33,334 bases of DNA. Source: Promethearchaeota archaeon. GTDB lineage: Archaea > Asgardarchaeota > Lokiarchaeia > Sigyniarchaeales > SOKP01. Location: assembly GCA_016930515.1 (NCBI GenBank), contig JAFGGO010000104.1, positions 1 through 33,334 on the forward strand. The letters run 5' to 3'. The notes below the pieces were generated by a model. The model did not search any database and was not told the DNA's origin. It was given only the letters and a program-made list of their open reading frames with translations. Made by a program: the position numbers and the translations under genes. Shown piece by piece: positions 1 through 10,030 of the stretch (position 1 is its first letter; every line of letters starts with the position of its first letter).

Positions 1-162
1 CTTTTTTAAAATTATTTAAATTGCGTTTTATTTGAAATTTTCAAAGGCAATTAGGATAATTAAATAATAAATTTAACCTAATACCTTCTTGGGAAAAATC
101 TCATTCTGTCACGCCCTGGATATTTGTCTGAATAAAAGATAAAATTATAACTTTAAAATTAT

Positions 163-202
163 AATGTACATTTTGTACATTAATTGTATAATATTATACA
201 AT
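163..202. promoter_or_regulatory. Tandem palindromic operator array upstream of RHH gene
   Basis: AATGTACA-ttt-TGTACATT (163-181) immediately followed by perfect 20-bp palindrome ATTGTATAAT|ATTATACAAT (183-202), just upstream of a TTTAAA box (~207-212). Confidence 0.55.
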
Positions 203-319
203 AATATTTAAAGCTAGTCTCCCTTTTTAAAAGTAGACAATATATGTTAGCCATATAAAAAATTTTTGATATTAATTATTTAATAATCAAATCAAAAAAT
301 TCAATCTAATAATTGTATA

Positions 320-1162
320 ATGGTAGATAAAAAAGTAAAAGCACTTCGAGTCGATTTAAACAAGGTACTTGCTGCCGATCTGTTAGAGATCAAAAATTAT
401 TATGGAATACAGTCCGATTCTGACATGATCAGGTTCCTCATAAGAGAACACAAAAAAGAACTCCTAACCAAGGAGGATTTCCAACTTTTATCCTCCAATC
501 AAAACAACAACGGAGCTTATCTATTGCAAGAAAATGGATCGTACGAAAAAATTCCCATTGAAGAGTTGAATTTCGCAGCGAATAACTTTGATCCCGAGTT
601 AGTTCGATTTAATTTAACGCCCCAACTGCTCTCAAATGTGCTTCGTGCAATTATGTCTAAAAAACCGGTCTTATTAATCATTGAGCAGGAGTTTATTTAC
701 AAGCATGTGATAAATTTCTTTTCGTTTATACTTGAAGACACATTTGATATTGACATTGCCTGCGATACCTTTAAGAATTATAAAAAAAACGAGTCAAACT
801 ACTTGAATCACGTGGTTCTAAAAGGTGACGAAGTCTTAAAGGATTTGACCAAAACGCTTTCTAAAAAGAAATTAAAAGTCGAAAAGGAAATAGTACAAAA
901 GTTTTATTCTGAAACGGATCCAAGATTTAGCTTAGTCATACTTAAAAACGAGATCACGAAAGCTTTTATTATGGCAAAAAAAATGATGCTTATTCTTGAA
1001 AAAGGAGAAAAGATAAGCTCCAAGGAAATTGCTAACTTCCTCAAACTTAACTTTCCTTTTGAAGTCAACCTTGCTTATATTGAATTTTTAAACTTCATCA
1101 TTCAAGAATACCACGAAGTAAAAGTTCCCGAGATCTATAACACCCTTTCTGATTTTTTATGA
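320..1162 (+). CDS. Hypothetical protein with N-terminal ribbon-helix-helix-like DNA-binding domain
   Basis: 280 aa ORF; N-terminus (KALRVDL...LLEIKNYYGIQSDSDMIRFLIRE) has strand-helix-G-x-S-helix RHH pattern; remainder not recognised. Confidence 0.6.
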   Translation: MVDKKVKALRVDLNKVLAADLLEIKNYYGIQSDSDMIRFLIREHKKELLTKEDFQLLSSNQNNNGAYLLQENGSYEKIPIEELNFAANNFDPELVRFNLTPQLLSNVLRAIMSKKPVLLIIEQEFIYKHVINFFSFILEDTFDIDIACDTFKNYKKNESNYLNHVVLKGDEVLKDLTKTLSKKKLKVEKEIVQKFYSETDPRFSLVILKNEITKAFIMAKKMMLILEKGEKISSKEIANFLKLNFPFEVNLAYIEFLNFIIQEYHEVKVPEIYNTLSDFL

Positions 1163-1302
1163 CTACTCACGAGTTATTTGATTTCCTCACAATCTCGCAA
1201 CACAATTTATTTAAGTAAATACATGTTTAAAAAAACTGTAAATTTATATTTCTGAAGATACCACTCAATATTAGTTCACTCATAAGAATAGTTGGATTGC
1301 GT

Positions 1303-2030
1303 TTGATTTTCATCACGGTTGACCGGTTTGTCACAATATATATATATTGCAGAGCTTAATTGGAATTTTTTACGCCGTAATCATATATAGCTTGCTTCGC
1401 AAAAGGGAGAAAATCACTCGAAAGCGCGTTTTATTCAGCTTTTATTACCTGCTATCCTGTTTTGGTCTCGTCATGAATTATATTTACGGGTTATGGCACG
1501 AATATCCACTTACAAATTTTCTTTATCTCCTCACGATCTACTTCTTATATATGGCACTTGGCATCATCGCTGTTTTTGTTGCAGAACTATATTTTGAACG
1601 TGTAAAAAAGAAAAAAGTATTATTATTTCAAACTATTTGTCTTGTAACCTATGCCTTCTTTTTATTGGGTATCTTTTTTTTCCAAGGTGGCGTGGAAATC
1701 AACGCTAGTACTTCTTGGAAACCGGTTGTGAGCATTACTTTATTCGTCTATTCGAGTGCTTTCATGGTTATCAGTTCCCTGGTTTTTATATTTTATGCTT
1801 ATAGCCTTTATCGTTATTTTATCGAAACAAACCAAGAAACGATTATTGTAAGGCGTTGGTTTTTGTTTGTCTTGGGTATCGTCTCAACCTTCATATTTTT
1901 AGGAATCACGATGTTAAATCATGTGCTCAATGTAGAAGCTTTCCGACAACTTTGGAGCTTGATAGGAGGTATTCTTTTAGTCAGTGCTACCGTTCTGATC
2001 TGGATCGGAATCGGAAAGAAATTTTTGTGA
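1303..2030 (+). CDS. Stand-alone 7TM membrane protein (HisKA_7TM-like), frameshifted in TM1 at an (AT)6 repeat
   Basis: ORF 1347-2030 is multi-pass and paralogous to 17739-18449 (RRWFLFVLG/KKWLFFSVG; IWIGIGKK/MYFGVGRQ). Removing one TA at 1345-1346 joins an upstream frame (TTG 1303: MIFITVDRFVTIYI) that aligns with the paralog N-terminus. Confidence 0.7.
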
Positions 2031-2033
2031 CCT

Positions 2034-3740
2034 TTACGCATTTTTACGATCTGCACACGCCTTTATAAACGCCAGGTAGCACTTACTCGGCTTATAAGGT
2101 CGACTTTTAAATTCAGGATGAAATTGTGTGCCTACCATCCAATGATCCACTCTATCGAGTTCGATGCTATTGATAATTTTAGCAGTCTCGTCAGTGCTGG
2201 ATACAATAAGACCAAATTTTTCCGCATCCTCCGCATATTTCGGGTTGATATGAAATCGGTGTCGGAATCTTTCAACAATAGTAGGTTCTCCATAGGCCTC
2301 ATATAATTTCGTGCCTTCCTTGATCTTGATCGTGTGACCTCCAAGTCTCATCGTTCCTCCTTTGTCAGTGATTTGTTTTTGTTCTTCTAATATGTCGACG
2401 ACGGGATGTGGCGTTTTTGGATCAATTTCAGTGGAGTTTGCTCCTTCAAGTCCTAAATATTTCCTGCAAAACGCCACGAAAAAAAGCTGAGCACCGAAAC
2501 AAATTCCTAAGAAGGGTACTTTCTTATCCATCGCATATTCTGCACTTTTTATCATGCCCTGAACTGCTCGCTCTCCAAAACCTGGAGTTAACAAGATTCC
2601 ATCGCATTCATTTAATTCCTGTTCTATGATTGTGTTTTCCGTTACATTTATCATTACTAATTCGGATTTAAATCCTAAATGCGCTGCGGCGTGCTCTAAA
2701 GCGTCGTTAATCGAAATGTAGGAGTCCGAAATGTTAAAATACTTTCCAGGCATGCCAATCTTCAGGATTGGCTTCTCTTTTTTAAATAAGGAAATCATTT
2801 TTACCCATTCCGAATAATTATTAACTTCGCTATACGAAACGAGCTTGGCTTTAAGATCTAACAATTCACACATGAGATCTCCCAAGTTCTGTTTTTCAAA
2901 CAACACGGGCAACTCATACACAAAATCTAAATCAGGATTAGATATGACGGCTTCTTTAGAAATGTTCGAAAATAACGATAGCTTATCCTTGATGTCGGGA
3001 TCCAAGTCCTTTTTGCTCCTACAGATCAAAACATCTGGTTGTAGACCAACGCTTTGAAGCATTTTAACCGAATGTTGGGTTGGTTTAGATTTTTGTTGGC
3101 CCACTGCTTCAGAGTAGGGCACTAAGGTGACGTGAACGAACGCCACGTGCTTTTTGGGTAATTCAAGCTTTAATTGTCGGAATGCTTCTAAAAATATGCT
3201 TGATTCCAAGTCCCCTACCGTTCCACCACATTCAATTAGCAAGACATCCAATTCCTCGTCCTTGGCGATGTCAAACAGCCTGTCCTTTATCATATTGGTG
3301 CAATGAGGTATAATTTGAACGGTTCTTCCCAAAAATTTGCCTTTCCTTTCGCGCAAGATCGTTGAGAGGTAAATCTGACCCGAAGTGATGTTGTGGGAAG
3401 GATGCATTTCGATTCCTAAAAAACGACTATAAGTTCCAAAATCTTGATCGATTTCCGAGATTCGATAACTCTTTTCGTCCGATTCAAAGGTCCTGTCAAT
3501 ATCTGGAACGGGTTGAAAGTCCCATACTTCTTCTGTGATAAAACATTCGCCATGTTCTATGGGATTAAGCGTTCCTGGATCGACATTTAAATACGGGTCG
3601 ATCTTGACCACGGAGATGTTAAAACCCCGAAATTGAAAGAGCTTGCCCAAGCTCGCCGTTACAACCCCTTTTCCAATGCCCGACATGACTCCGCCGGTAA
3701 CAAACACGAATTTACAATCAGGAGGCATTTTTAAAACCAA
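2034..3740 (-). CDS. pyrG: CTP synthase (start may be ATG at 3728)
   Basis: FVTGGVMSGIGKG, KIDPYLNVDPGT, GGTVGDLES, KSKPTQHSV, GICFG nucleophile Cys, GGTMRLG, QFHPEF. Confidence 0.98.
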   Translation of the reverse strand: MVLKMPPDCKFVFVTGGVMSGIGKGVVTASLGKLFQFRGFNISVVKIDPYLNVDPGTLNPIEHGECFITEEVWDFQPVPDIDRTFESDEKSYRISEIDQDFGTYSRFLGIEMHPSHNITSGQIYLSTILRERKGKFLGRTVQIIPHCTNMIKDRLFDIAKDEELDVLLIECGGTVGDLESSIFLEAFRQLKLELPKKHVAFVHVTLVPYSEAVGQQKSKPTQHSVKMLQSVGLQPDVLICRSKKDLDPDIKDKLSLFSNISKEAVISNPDLDFVYELPVLFEKQNLGDLMCELLDLKAKLVSYSEVNNYSEWVKMISLFKKEKPILKIGMPGKYFNISDSYISINDALEHAAAHLGFKSELVMINVTENTIIEQELNECDGILLTPGFGERAVQGMIKSAEYAMDKKVPFLGICFGAQLFFVAFCRKYLGLEGANSTEIDPKTPHPVVDILEEQKQITDKGGTMRLGGHTIKIKEGTKLYEAYGEPTIVERFRHRFHINPKYAEDAEKFGLIVSSTDETAKIINSIELDRVDHWMVGTQFHPEFKSRPYKPSKCYLAFIKACADRKNA

Positions 3741-3998
3741 TCTTATTCGTTTTAATGAATTTTATAAAAAATAATAATATCACGCGCGGTTTATATAGTT
3801 AATGAAGGATGGCTTTAAGTTCTTACGAGCATAAAAGATTCCAATTAATTACAATCCATTCTCCAATCCAATGCACAAATCACAACCTTTAAATACTTAC
3901 TTTAATATATGTTAATTAGAGATATGTAAACCCGTGGTTGACAGTTAAACCTTGCAAGTATATAAAAATTAAAAAAACAAATTGGAGGTAATGGTATC

Positions 3999-4589
3999 GT
4001 GACTGAATCAGCTGAAAAGAAGGTAGAAATTAAACAGGAACGCTCGGAAGATACGAAAGTAAAAAAAACTGAAGATTCAAAAGAAACCAAAGAAAAAACT
4101 GATTTAGCGACATTAAGAAACGATTCTTTCCCAATGTTAAATTCCATTGAAAAAATGTTTAGCGAAATGAATCGATGGTTCGATGACATGTTCTGGAGAC
4201 CAAGCCGAATCTGGAATATGAGACCGTTCGCATTAGATATGTTCGACAAAGAACCATTGTTTAGAACCCCATTGGCTAACATTACCGACGAAGGAGACCA
4301 TTTTAATCTAACGGCTGAATTACCTGGCTTGGAAAAAGGAGACCTTGAAATCACCATCCACGACGGAATGCTTGAGATCAAGGGCGAGAAGAAGACCGAA
4401 ACCGAGGAAAAAGACAAGGGATACATCCGAAAGGAATACAGTAGCTCGAGCTATTATCGATCCTTTGCCGTACCGGAAAACGTGGAAGAGGAAAAGATCA
4501 ACGCTACTCTAGAAAAAGGCGTTCTTAAGTTAATACTACCCAAAAAAGAGGAAGAAAAATCCGAAAAGAAAAAAATAAAAGTACAATAA
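3999..4589 (+). CDS. Small heat-shock protein, Hsp20/alpha-crystallin family
   Basis: AELPGLEKGDLEI, YYRSFAVP, ATLEKGVLKLILPK; GGAGGT Shine-Dalgarno upstream of GTG. Confidence 0.95.
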   Translation: MTESAEKKVEIKQERSEDTKVKKTEDSKETKEKTDLATLRNDSFPMLNSIEKMFSEMNRWFDDMFWRPSRIWNMRPFALDMFDKEPLFRTPLANITDEGDHFNLTAELPGLEKGDLEITIHDGMLEIKGEKKTETEEKDKGYIRKEYSSSSYYRSFAVPENVEEEKINATLEKGVLKLILPKKEEEKSEKKKIKVQ

Positions 4590-4592
4590 TCA

Positions 4593-4680
4593 ACTTTTTC
4601 CATTTTTGGTTTCCATTGTATTTTTTTAAAATTAAATTTTATTTTTTTTAAAAATCTTTTTTGCTCCTCACTATTTTTTT
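4593..4680 (+). terminator. Oligo-T archaeal-type terminator region
   Basis: Several T6-T9 runs directly after the Hsp20 stop. Confidence 0.45.
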
Positions 4681-4755
4681 GACTTGTTTATAGTTATGCT
4701 CTAATTCTATATAGATAAAGCTCTTAAATAGAAAGAAAAATTATTATTACTTGAA

Positions 4756-5013
4756 ATGAGCGAAAAATCGGTCAAATGTCTTACATGCAAGCATTACGCT
4801 AAAAATTCTTCTTGTAGTCCATGCATGGACCAAGGAACGAGAATAATACATGCCATAGATCTTTCAATAAGTGCTGAAATTGTTCGCCCCGACGAGGAAC
4901 AAAACACTTATAAGTATTCGTGTAAAATAATCATGCGTTATCCCGAAGATTTTAACAATGTGGATCCTTATGATTGCAAGTATTACCTTCCCTCCTGTTT
5001 GGGATTCCGTTAA
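4756..5013 (+). CDS. Small Cys-rich hypothetical protein (possible metal binding)
   Basis: 85 aa ORF with CxxCxH, CxxC and further Cys; ATG start in AT-rich flanks. Confidence 0.6.
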   Translation: MSEKSVKCLTCKHYAKNSSCSPCMDQGTRIIHAIDLSISAEIVRPDEEQNTYKYSCKIIMRYPEDFNNVDPYDCKYYLPSCLGFR

Positions 5014-5240
5014 AATGATTTTTTTAATATTTTTTTTTCACTTTTCGAATAAAATTCGGTACAAATCATATTATCTTTATTATTTTAAGAAAAGATCAAT
5101 ACTATTTTGTAGAAAATCCAGAAAAACATCAAAAGGCTTAAATATCATTCGGGATATAATATTAATAGCAAAATGATCTTCGGGATCAAGAACAGTTCGT
5201 AGAACGAAATATAAATATAATAACAAAAAAGGAAATAATC

Positions 5241-5483
5241 GTGTCAGAACAAGAGGAAGAAAACCTTCTTTACGAAGGTATTTTTATAAGGTTTGATGGC
5301 GAATTAGAACCTATAGTGGATGATCTCTTCGTTATTTGTAGTAAAGATATTGAAAAAGTGATTAATACAATCTGTAAAAACATCAAAACAGACGGAATAA
5401 TTGAGATTTACCGAAAACGCCCTTCTTCTGAAGCACTATTTTACAAGGAAATAAGTTTTTATAACGAACTTGAAATTGCTTGA
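5241..5483 (+). CDS. Small hypothetical protein, tandem paralog 1
   Basis: 80 aa; highly similar to 5804-6052 with many synonymous differences. Confidence 0.85.
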   Translation: MSEQEEENLLYEGIFIRFDGELEPIVDDLFVICSKDIEKVINTICKNIKTDGIIEIYRKRPSSEALFYKEISFYNELEIA

Positions 5484-5803
5484 AATATAAATCACATTTT
5501 ATATTATCTTTTTTTTTCAAATAAACATAAAATTTGCCTTATTTTGTCATCATGTATGGTTTTTATAGATATCTATGAAATATTTTCAGTATTAAATGGT
5601 AAGTTTATATGTTGAGATTGACAAAAAAAACAAACTCACAATAAATAATTAAGATATTGTAGCCTTGTTTATATAAGCACAACCTTTTTATACCTTTTTT
5701 TATTAAAACGCAATGAAGAATGAATTATGTTCAATCGCCTGATTGAAAGAACTAACGAAGGTAATATTTAAAAATCTTTACAAAAAAAAATAAGATAATT
5801 ATC

Positions 5804-6052
5804 GTGTCGGAACAAGAAGAAAAAAACCTTCTTTATGAAGGTATTTTTATGAGATTTGATGGCGAATTAGAACCTATAGTTGATAATCTTTTCATTATCT
5901 CTAGCGAAAACATTGATAACTTAATTAAGACTATAAGCAACAATGTAACTTGTGATGGAATAATTGAAATCTATCGGAAACATCCTTCTTCTGAAGCACT
6001 ATTTTATAAGGAAATTAGCTTTTATAACGACCTCGAATTAGTGCTAACTTGA
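5804..6052 (+). CDS. Small hypothetical protein, tandem paralog 2
   Basis: 82 aa; shares MSEQEExNLLYEGIFxRFDGELEPIVD...DGIIEIYRKxPSSEALFYKEISFYN with paralog 1. Confidence 0.85.
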   Translation: MSEQEEKNLLYEGIFMRFDGELEPIVDNLFIISSENIDNLIKTISNNVTCDGIIEIYRKHPSSEALFYKEISFYNDLELVLT

Positions 6053-6380
6053 TTGTAAAAATTTTCCTTTTTTTCTTTTTTTAACGAATATATTAGCAGC
6101 ACCTTAATACTATTGTTTTATTGTGTAAATTACTTCGAAAACGATGAAATGTTTTCAACACTTTATAGATAATTTATATGCTATCGATAGGAAATTGAAC
6201 GAAATAGCAATTTTTTATTAGAATTAATGTAAGTATGTTTACATAATGATAATATTTTTATTCCATCATTTACTAAAATTATATAAAAAATGAACTAAGT
6301 TCAATCATTCTAAATAACGAAAGATATAGACGATTATACATTAGTAACAATATTTAACGAGAAGAGGATCTTAAATAATT

Positions 6381-7712
6381 ATGGACAAAAAAATAAGAAT
6401 TATTGATGTGACCAATCGCGATGGCGTGCAAACGAGTCGATTAGGCCTGGCAAAATTGGAAAAGACGGTATTAAACATTCTTCTTAATAAACTAGGCGTT
6501 TATCAATGCGAGTTTGGCTTTCCCACAACCCACCACGAAACAAATTACATCAACGCGAATTTAGAACTCGCTCGTATGGGTGTATTAAAGCCCATGATCT
6601 TGGAAGGCTGGATAAGAGCAATTGAAGAAGACGTGGAGAAGGCAGTAGAAATGACGAGAGTTGAGCATCTGAACTTGTCAATTTCAACTTCTAACCAAAT
6701 GATCCAAGGTAAATTCCAAGGAAAAAAAAACAGGGACGATGTTATTAACGACATGGTAAAAGCCGTAAAACATGCTCGAGATCTTGGCATTAAAACCATA
6801 GGAGTCAACGCCGAGGACGCATCTCGAACGGATATGGATTATCTCATTAAATTTAGTTTGGCAGCTAAAAAGGCGGGAGCCGATAGAATCAGGTATTGCG
6901 ACACTTTAGGTTACGAGACACCCTTTCGCATTCATTTTAGGTTAAAAGATTTGACGAAAGCAGTAGATATGCCGATTGAACTACATTGCCATAATGATCT
7001 TGGCATGGCCGTTGCGAATAGCATAATGGGTGCTAAAGGTGTTATCGAGGAAGGACAAGAAGCCTATATTAACACCACAGTAAATAATATGGGCGAACGA
7101 GCAGGGAATTGCGACTTGGTAAGTACGATTTTGGCTTTAAAATACGGCGCAGAAATCGAAGAGTTGGGGATGGGAGATCCAAACATAAAACTTGATAAAG
7201 CTTGGCAAATCGCCATGTATGCTTCTCACGCGTTCGGCGTTCCAATTCCTATAAACCAGCCAGGAGTGGGAGATAACGCTTTTGCTCACGAATCGGGTAT
7301 CCACGCCGATGGGGTCTTAAAAAATAGGGAGAATTACGAGTTATACGATTACAAGGTTTTGGGGCGGGGAGAAAAGATCTTAGTCGAAACTGGCAGGCTA
7401 ATAACGACTGGTGAATATTCTGGAATATCGAGTTTCCAGCATGTATTTAAAAACTTCAATTTGACATTCAAAAACGAAGAAGAAGCTAGGCAAATCCTCG
7501 AACTCATACGCTACGCAAATGTACACAAACAACGACCTCTCGTGAAAGAAGAATTCATTTTCATTGCGAAATATCCAAAGATTGCCGAGTTATTGTTAAC
7601 AATGGTTCCGCCAAAAATCACCATATTCAAACCCTTGATAATGAAGGACGAAAATGGTAATGATCTCAATGAAGAACAAGAACCAGAAAAAGAGAGCCTA
7701 ATAATAAATTAG
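6381..7712 (+). CDS. DRE-TIM metallolyase, homocitrate synthase-like; probably Re-citrate synthase (Dehalococcoides type)
   Basis: DVTNRDGVQ, EDASRT, YCDTLG, HCHNDLGMAVANS, GERAGN, AFAHESGIHADG; no LeuA regulatory domain. Confidence 0.85.
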   Translation: MDKKIRIIDVTNRDGVQTSRLGLAKLEKTVLNILLNKLGVYQCEFGFPTTHHETNYINANLELARMGVLKPMILEGWIRAIEEDVEKAVEMTRVEHLNLSISTSNQMIQGKFQGKKNRDDVINDMVKAVKHARDLGIKTIGVNAEDASRTDMDYLIKFSLAAKKAGADRIRYCDTLGYETPFRIHFRLKDLTKAVDMPIELHCHNDLGMAVANSIMGAKGVIEEGQEAYINTTVNNMGERAGNCDLVSTILALKYGAEIEELGMGDPNIKLDKAWQIAMYASHAFGVPIPINQPGVGDNAFAHESGIHADGVLKNRENYELYDYKVLGRGEKILVETGRLITTGEYSGISSFQHVFKNFNLTFKNEEEARQILELIRYANVHKQRPLVKEEFIFIAKYPKIAELLLTMVPPKITIFKPLIMKDENGNDLNEEQEPEKESLIIN

Positions 7713-7858
7713 TCTTTCGCTCTTTTCATAAATTTTTATATTTTAATATATTCAATTTTACTTTCAAAAATATAGTTAAATTCTTAAAGAGCAAAATGAA
7801 ATTAATGCTTTATAATACAATATGAAAGATTAAAATAAAAAGAAAAAGAATACGAGAA

Positions 7859-9211
7859 TTATAATCTCGTGATGTACCTATCGCGTTCCCATTGAGAGAC
7901 ATTAATTCGATATGCGTCAAATTCTTCAAGTTTTGCGTAATAGAAGTTTTTAAAGGCTTCTTCTCCTAAAACTTCTTTCATAAATGTGGATTCTTTGTAT
8001 TCTGTTAACGCTTGTCGTAAACTTCCAGGTAAGGCGTTAATTCCCGCTTTTTCCAAGTCCTTGGTTGAAAAGTGGTACACATTTTTATCCGTAGGTTCCA
8101 CGAGTTCCGTATTATTGGAAAGAATGCCCTCCAAACCTGCCGATAAAAGCACCGCAAACTGCAAGTAGGGATTACCTGCCGGGTCTGGACACCTAATCTC
8201 GTTGCGAGCGGCGTTTGGTTTGCCATGGAAGTCCGGAACTCTTATCAAAGGACTTCGATTCCTGAATCCCCAAGCGATGTATACGGGGGCCTCGTAGCCC
8301 GGAACAAGTCTTTTATACGAGTTTGGCCAGCTACTCAAAACGCAACACATGGCCTTGGCGTGTTTTAATTGACCCGATATCCATTTTTTCATGGTAATCG
8401 AAATATTAGCCTCGTCCTTCTCGTCGTAAAACGTGTTTTTACCTTCCTTCCAAAGACTTTGGTGGACATGCATGCCAGAGCCGTTAATACCGGGGAATGG
8501 CTTGGGCATGAAAGTGGCCGTCATGTTATTTTGGGCAGCAACTGTCTTGATGATGGTTTTTATTGTAATCGTGTTGTCAGCAGAGTCCACGGCTTTACCA
8601 TACTTAAAATCGACCTCATGTTGTCCGAAAGCAACTTCGTGGTGTAAGGCTTCTATCTCGATGCCCATGGCATCGCAATATTCTGCGATCGTATATCTCA
8701 TTTTTTCGTTAATGTCGTAAGGATCGTAATCGAAATAGCCTCTCATGTCAGAAGGCTTGTATACTTCCTTGGTGTCCTTATCTAATATGAAAAACTCCAT
8801 TTCAGGTGCGCAATAGAATGTATAGCCATTATCCTCTGCCCTTTTTACCGCTTTTTGGAGGATGTATCGTGGATCTCCCTCGTATCGCTTGCCATCGGGC
8901 TTATAGATATCGCAAATAAATCGGGCCACTTTATTGCTCTTCCTCCAAGGGAGCATGTAAAATGTGCTTGGATCGGGAATAGCAACCTTATCACTTTCTT
9001 CTATCGCACCATAACCCGTGATGCTCGAGCCGTCAAAGTTCTCGCCTTCCTCGAGAAAGTCTTCTATTCTTTTAGCGTTTATTTCGAATGATTTGATGAT
9101 TCCATGAATATCAGTAAACTGTAAATAAATGAATTTAATGTCCTCTTTGCTTACCGTGTCGATGACTTTCTCGCACAGTTCTTTTCGTTTTGGATCAGTT
9201 TTTTCAATCAT
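7859..9211 (-). CDS. glnA: Glutamine synthetase type I
   Basis: FDGSSI, HHEVAFGQHEVD, TFMPKP, NGSGMHVHQSL, SYKRLVPGYEAP, NRSPLIRVP, EIRCPDPAGNPYL. Confidence 0.96.
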   Translation of the reverse strand: MIEKTDPKRKELCEKVIDTVSKEDIKFIYLQFTDIHGIIKSFEINAKRIEDFLEEGENFDGSSITGYGAIEESDKVAIPDPSTFYMLPWRKSNKVARFICDIYKPDGKRYEGDPRYILQKAVKRAEDNGYTFYCAPEMEFFILDKDTKEVYKPSDMRGYFDYDPYDINEKMRYTIAEYCDAMGIEIEALHHEVAFGQHEVDFKYGKAVDSADNTITIKTIIKTVAAQNNMTATFMPKPFPGINGSGMHVHQSLWKEGKNTFYDEKDEANISITMKKWISGQLKHAKAMCCVLSSWPNSYKRLVPGYEAPVYIAWGFRNRSPLIRVPDFHGKPNAARNEIRCPDPAGNPYLQFAVLLSAGLEGILSNNTELVEPTDKNVYHFSTKDLEKAGINALPGSLRQALTEYKESTFMKEVLGEEAFKNFYYAKLEEFDAYRINVSQWERDRYITRL

Positions 9212-9461
9212 TTTTTCTCAATATCGTGTCTAACTTTTATGATTATTATGTTCAGATAGTGCATCCTTCTTTATAAACATTGTCATATATGTTCACTTTA
9301 TTAGAGTAAAGGTATATTAATGTGCCACTATCAGGAACAAAAAATGACCGATCGACCACTTTTTACCGACATAATTATTACATCGTAAACGTTCTTTTAT
9401 TTTTTATGCCAAAGAATAGTCAAATGCATGATTTAAATAGGAATCGCTATTACTTATATCT

Positions 9462-9944
9462 ATGAAAGTTACGAGTTTGGATGAATTGGATATCGACATA
9501 CTCAATATTCTCACTAAAGATGGACGAGCGTCGTTTCGACAAATTGCAAAAGACCTGAATAAATCCCCGGTAACCGTCAAGAAACACGTGGAAGAATTGG
9601 AAAGGAACATCATCACGAGTTATGGTGCTAGTATCAATTTCGAATCCTTAGGATATGACATACTTGCTTTTATCGAACTAACAATTTCAAAAGGAAAGAT
9701 GCTTGAAGTAGAAAAGGAAATCGCTCATTTACCAAACATTTTTGGCGTATTTGATGTAACGGGCACGTATGATGCTATAATTTTGGCAAGATTTAAAACG
9801 AGATCAGAGCTAAGCGAATTGGTCAAAAAAATAAACTCCTATGAATTTGTAGTGCGAACAAATACCCACCTCATTCTGAATATCATAAAGGAAAAAACGA
9901 TTTTTGAAGATCTAATGGAAAAAGATTTTAAAATTCCGAAATAG
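9462..9944 (+). CDS. Lrp/AsnC family transcriptional regulator, divergent from glnA
   Basis: LDELDIDILNILTKDGRASFRQIAKDL HTH; VTGTYD ligand-binding domain. Confidence 0.95.
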   Translation: MKVTSLDELDIDILNILTKDGRASFRQIAKDLNKSPVTVKKHVEELERNIITSYGASINFESLGYDILAFIELTISKGKMLEVEKEIAHLPNIFGVFDVTGTYDAIILARFKTRSELSELVKKINSYEFVVRTNTHLILNIIKEKTIFEDLMEKDFKIPK

Positions 9945-10030
9945 TCTATTCTTTAAAATTATTAATCTAAACAATAGGTGCGATATTGATCAATAATTAT
10001 AGAATAAAATAAGAAGAAAGAAGAAAAAGC

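Noticed and set aside
3902-4426. 174-aa minus-strand ORF
   Set aside because: Antisense shadow of Hsp20.
6227-6244. Bacterial GlnR/TnrA box
   Set aside because: Spacer is 6 nt rather than 7 and no such regulator is evident; kept only as a generic palindrome.
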